A stretch of DNA of 27,378 bases from a virus (lineage: Duplodnaviria; Caudoviricetes). Positions 25,728-27,378 of this stretch are shown here, one piece after another. A program made the translations under genes and the position numbers. Every line of letters begins with the position of its first letter. Within the stretch, counting starts at the first letter, position 1. Below the pieces are notes generated by a model, which saw only the letters and a list, made by a program, of their open reading frames with translations, searched no databases and was not told where the DNA came from. The DNA lies in the IMG/VR virus record IMGVR_UViG_3300030708_000420, positions 1 to 27,378 of that record; one strand, written 5' to 3'.

Positions 25728-27352
25728 TAGAAATCCTCTATTTTAGATTCTTCCTTATCGTCATCAAAGTCTATTTCTTGGGGTTGTTCTGTCTCTGTCA
25801 TACGTCCAGTATCTTTGTCGTACTCCAGATAACAGGCAATCCCTGTTTCACCTGTCCAACGATTCTTCAACACACGAACAGTTGTAGTGTTAGGGTTCTC
25901 TGATTGTTGGTCCCTTTCGCAACCAATAACAATGTCACTTAACTGACCAATCCCTGCACTACCTCTGAGTTGTGCCATAGAAGTCTTAGCTCCATCCTCG
26001 TGTCCTCTGTTACCTTGAGGACGTTTGAGATGTGACACCATCAAAATCCCTACGTTCACTTCTTCTGCAAGTGCACGTAGTTTGGTCATGGTGTTATCAA
26101 TCATTCTACGTTCATCACCACCTTCCATACCAGATACCACAATACTGATATGGTCCAACACTACATAGTTACACCCACACCCACGAGCCATGTAGCGTAT
26201 TTTGTTTATGAGGTTATCACCATCAAGTGATCCCCAATGATCGTAGAAGAACACTCTCTGAGTTCCAAGTGTATCATCGAATGCTGATTTGAACTGTTCA
26301 GCATCGATCTCTTGGTCACTCAAATGAAGAGGTTGGTTAATAGCAAGAGACATGAATCCCAGAGCACTACGCTTTACAGCTTCTTCAAGTGCTACGTATC
26401 CAACTGTTTCCCCTTGCAACAGAAGGTGGTAAGCGATCTCCCTACAAATCTGAGACTTGCCGATACCACTTCCTGCACAGAAGGTAACGATCTCTCCTCT
26501 TCTGATACCGAGTGTCTTTTGATTCATCCCATCAAAAGGATATTTACACGATGATGCCACATCTTGTGATGAAACCAAGTCCCACAATTCTGAACCTTGG
26601 ATAATACCATCGGGCCGAAAAGGTTTAGCTTGCCACAAACAAGTGGTAATTTCCTTGACCTGCCCTGCTATCAACATCTCATTTGCATCCTTCATAGGAA
26701 GGTTAGCAATCTTGGCCTTGCCAGGAGGTAATAAACTCGCACACTCCTTGGACGCTTTCTGTCCTGCTTCATCATTGTCAAAGGCAATAACAACCTCATC
26801 AAACTTTGAGAGCATTTCGATGGACTTGCGTATCGCATTTGATGCACCTGATGCACCAGTAGGTACGCTGAAAACGGGCCATTGATTACCCAATGCTTGA
26901 GATACAGACATTGCATCTATCTCACCTTCAGTGATGACTGCTCGTTTACCCCCTTCGGCCCATAAGTGAGAACCGAAGAGAGTAACTTTGCTTGCATCTC
27001 CAATAAATAAGAACTGCTTATTGGACATACGTAGCTTCTGAGCTACAACACTTCCAGTTGAATCTTTGTAGTTCGCAATTTGAACTTTCCTACCATTGTA
27101 ATCACCAACTTGGTAATCCCATTTACGGCAGGTTTCTTCAGTGATCTTACGTTTGGAAAGATGTTGAATCTCTCCGTGTATAAATGCCATACCTTTCTCT
27201 GGTTGAGGGTTAACAATACGATCACCTTTCGTGTAAGTGTTGCATCCAAAACACCACGTATGTCCATCATCGTAAACAGCTACGTTATCTTTTGAACCGC
27301 AGTTGTCACACGATTGATGACGTAGAAAACTACTTTCAGTCTTCGTATTCAT
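25727..27352 (-). CDS. DNA primase/helicase, T7 gp4-like
   Basis: Zn finger CDNC...CFGC, TOPRIM motifs ITEGEIDAMS and FDNDEAG, Walker A AGSGIGKS, LDHISI, LRGSAGIGQLSD, KNRWTGETG and an acidic tail ending in DF. The start is uncertain among several ATGs from 27352 to 27370. Confidence 0.95.
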   Translation of the reverse strand: MNTKTESSFLRHQSCDNCGSKDNVAVYDDGHTWCFGCNTYTKGDRIVNPQPEKGMAFIHGEIQHLSKRKITEETCRKWDYQVGDYNGRKVQIANYKDSTGSVVAQKLRMSNKQFLFIGDASKVTLFGSHLWAEGGKRAVITEGEIDAMSVSQALGNQWPVFSVPTGASGASNAIRKSIEMLSKFDEVVIAFDNDEAGQKASKECASLLPPGKAKIANLPMKDANEMLIAGQVKEITTCLWQAKPFRPDGIIQGSELWDLVSSQDVASSCKYPFDGMNQKTLGIRRGEIVTFCAGSGIGKSQICREIAYHLLLQGETVGYVALEEAVKRSALGFMSLAINQPLHLSDQEIDAEQFKSAFDDTLGTQRVFFYDHWGSLDGDNLINKIRYMARGCGCNYVVLDHISIVVSGMEGGDERRMIDNTMTKLRALAEEVNVGILMVSHLKRPQGNRGHEDGAKTSMAQLRGSAGIGQLSDIVIGCERDQQSENPNTTTVRVLKNRWTGETGIACYLEYDKDTGRMTETEQPQEIDFDDDKEESKIEDF

Positions 27353-27378
27353 CATCGTCATCATCTTCATCGTCTGCT
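27336..27378 (-). CDS. 3' end of an upstream gene with a highly acidic C-terminal tail (partial)
   Basis: In a different frame from the primase, the minus strand reads GCA GAC GAT GAA GAT GAT GAC GAT GAT GAA TAC GAA GAC TGA (ADDEDDDDDEYED*). This explains the apparent MKMMTMM N-terminus of the primase ORF. Confidence 0.6.
   Translation of the reverse strand, partial: ADDEDDDDDEYED

Noticed and set aside
943-27270. Nested minus-strand alternative-frame ORFs (943..1125, 9639..9836, 15166..15363, 21618..21995, 24371..24772, 25292..25546, 26692..26916, 27043..27270)
   Set aside because: They are short, lie wholly inside conserved genes, and have no motifs or start signals.
189-27295. All plus-strand ORFs in the track (e.g. 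189..491, 488..877, 18395..18868, 19692..20279, 21284..21709)
   Set aside because: They are antisense shadows of well-supported minus-strand genes, show no recognisable motifs, and T7-like genomes are transcribed from one strand.
27353-27370. MKMMTM N-terminus of the primase
   Set aside because: It is most likely an off-frame reading of GAT/GAA repeats that encode the upstream gene's acidic tail.
1-27378. tRNA, CRISPR array, intron or intein
   Set aside because: No cloverleaf or repeat-spacer pattern was seen. The polymerase, RNR and helicase are continuous and of normal or short length, and intergenic space is minimal.

Overview
The window is a fragment of a T7-like podovirus genome (Autographiviridae-like gene order), probably an environmental or marine phage; the host cannot be determined. 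All real genes are on the minus strand. In transcription order they are: the acidic C-terminal tail of an upstream gene, gp4 primase/helicase, gp5 family-A DNA polymerase (Tyr762 type, thioredoxin-binding loop almost absent), a free-standing PD-(D/E)XK endonuclease, gp6 exonuclease, a DUF3310 protein, a class II (B12-dependent) ribonucleotide reductase, three small genes, portal, two basic paralogous proteins, scaffold, major capsid with a structured leader and downstream terminator, tail tubular A and B, gp13-gp16-like internal virion proteins, and a gp17-like fibre. An array of small, partly paralogous adaptor, receptor-binding and chaperone genes follows and runs off the left edge. The most interesting features are this split modular tail-fibre cassette, a possible blue-copper ligand set in the fibre, a cluster of very basic proteins around the portal, the capsid-leader hairpin, a GNAT gene coupled to a Met-Cys ejection protein, and stereotyped TAATATG/TAATG gene junctions. 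Family assignments come from motif recognition and synteny only; no database searches were run.
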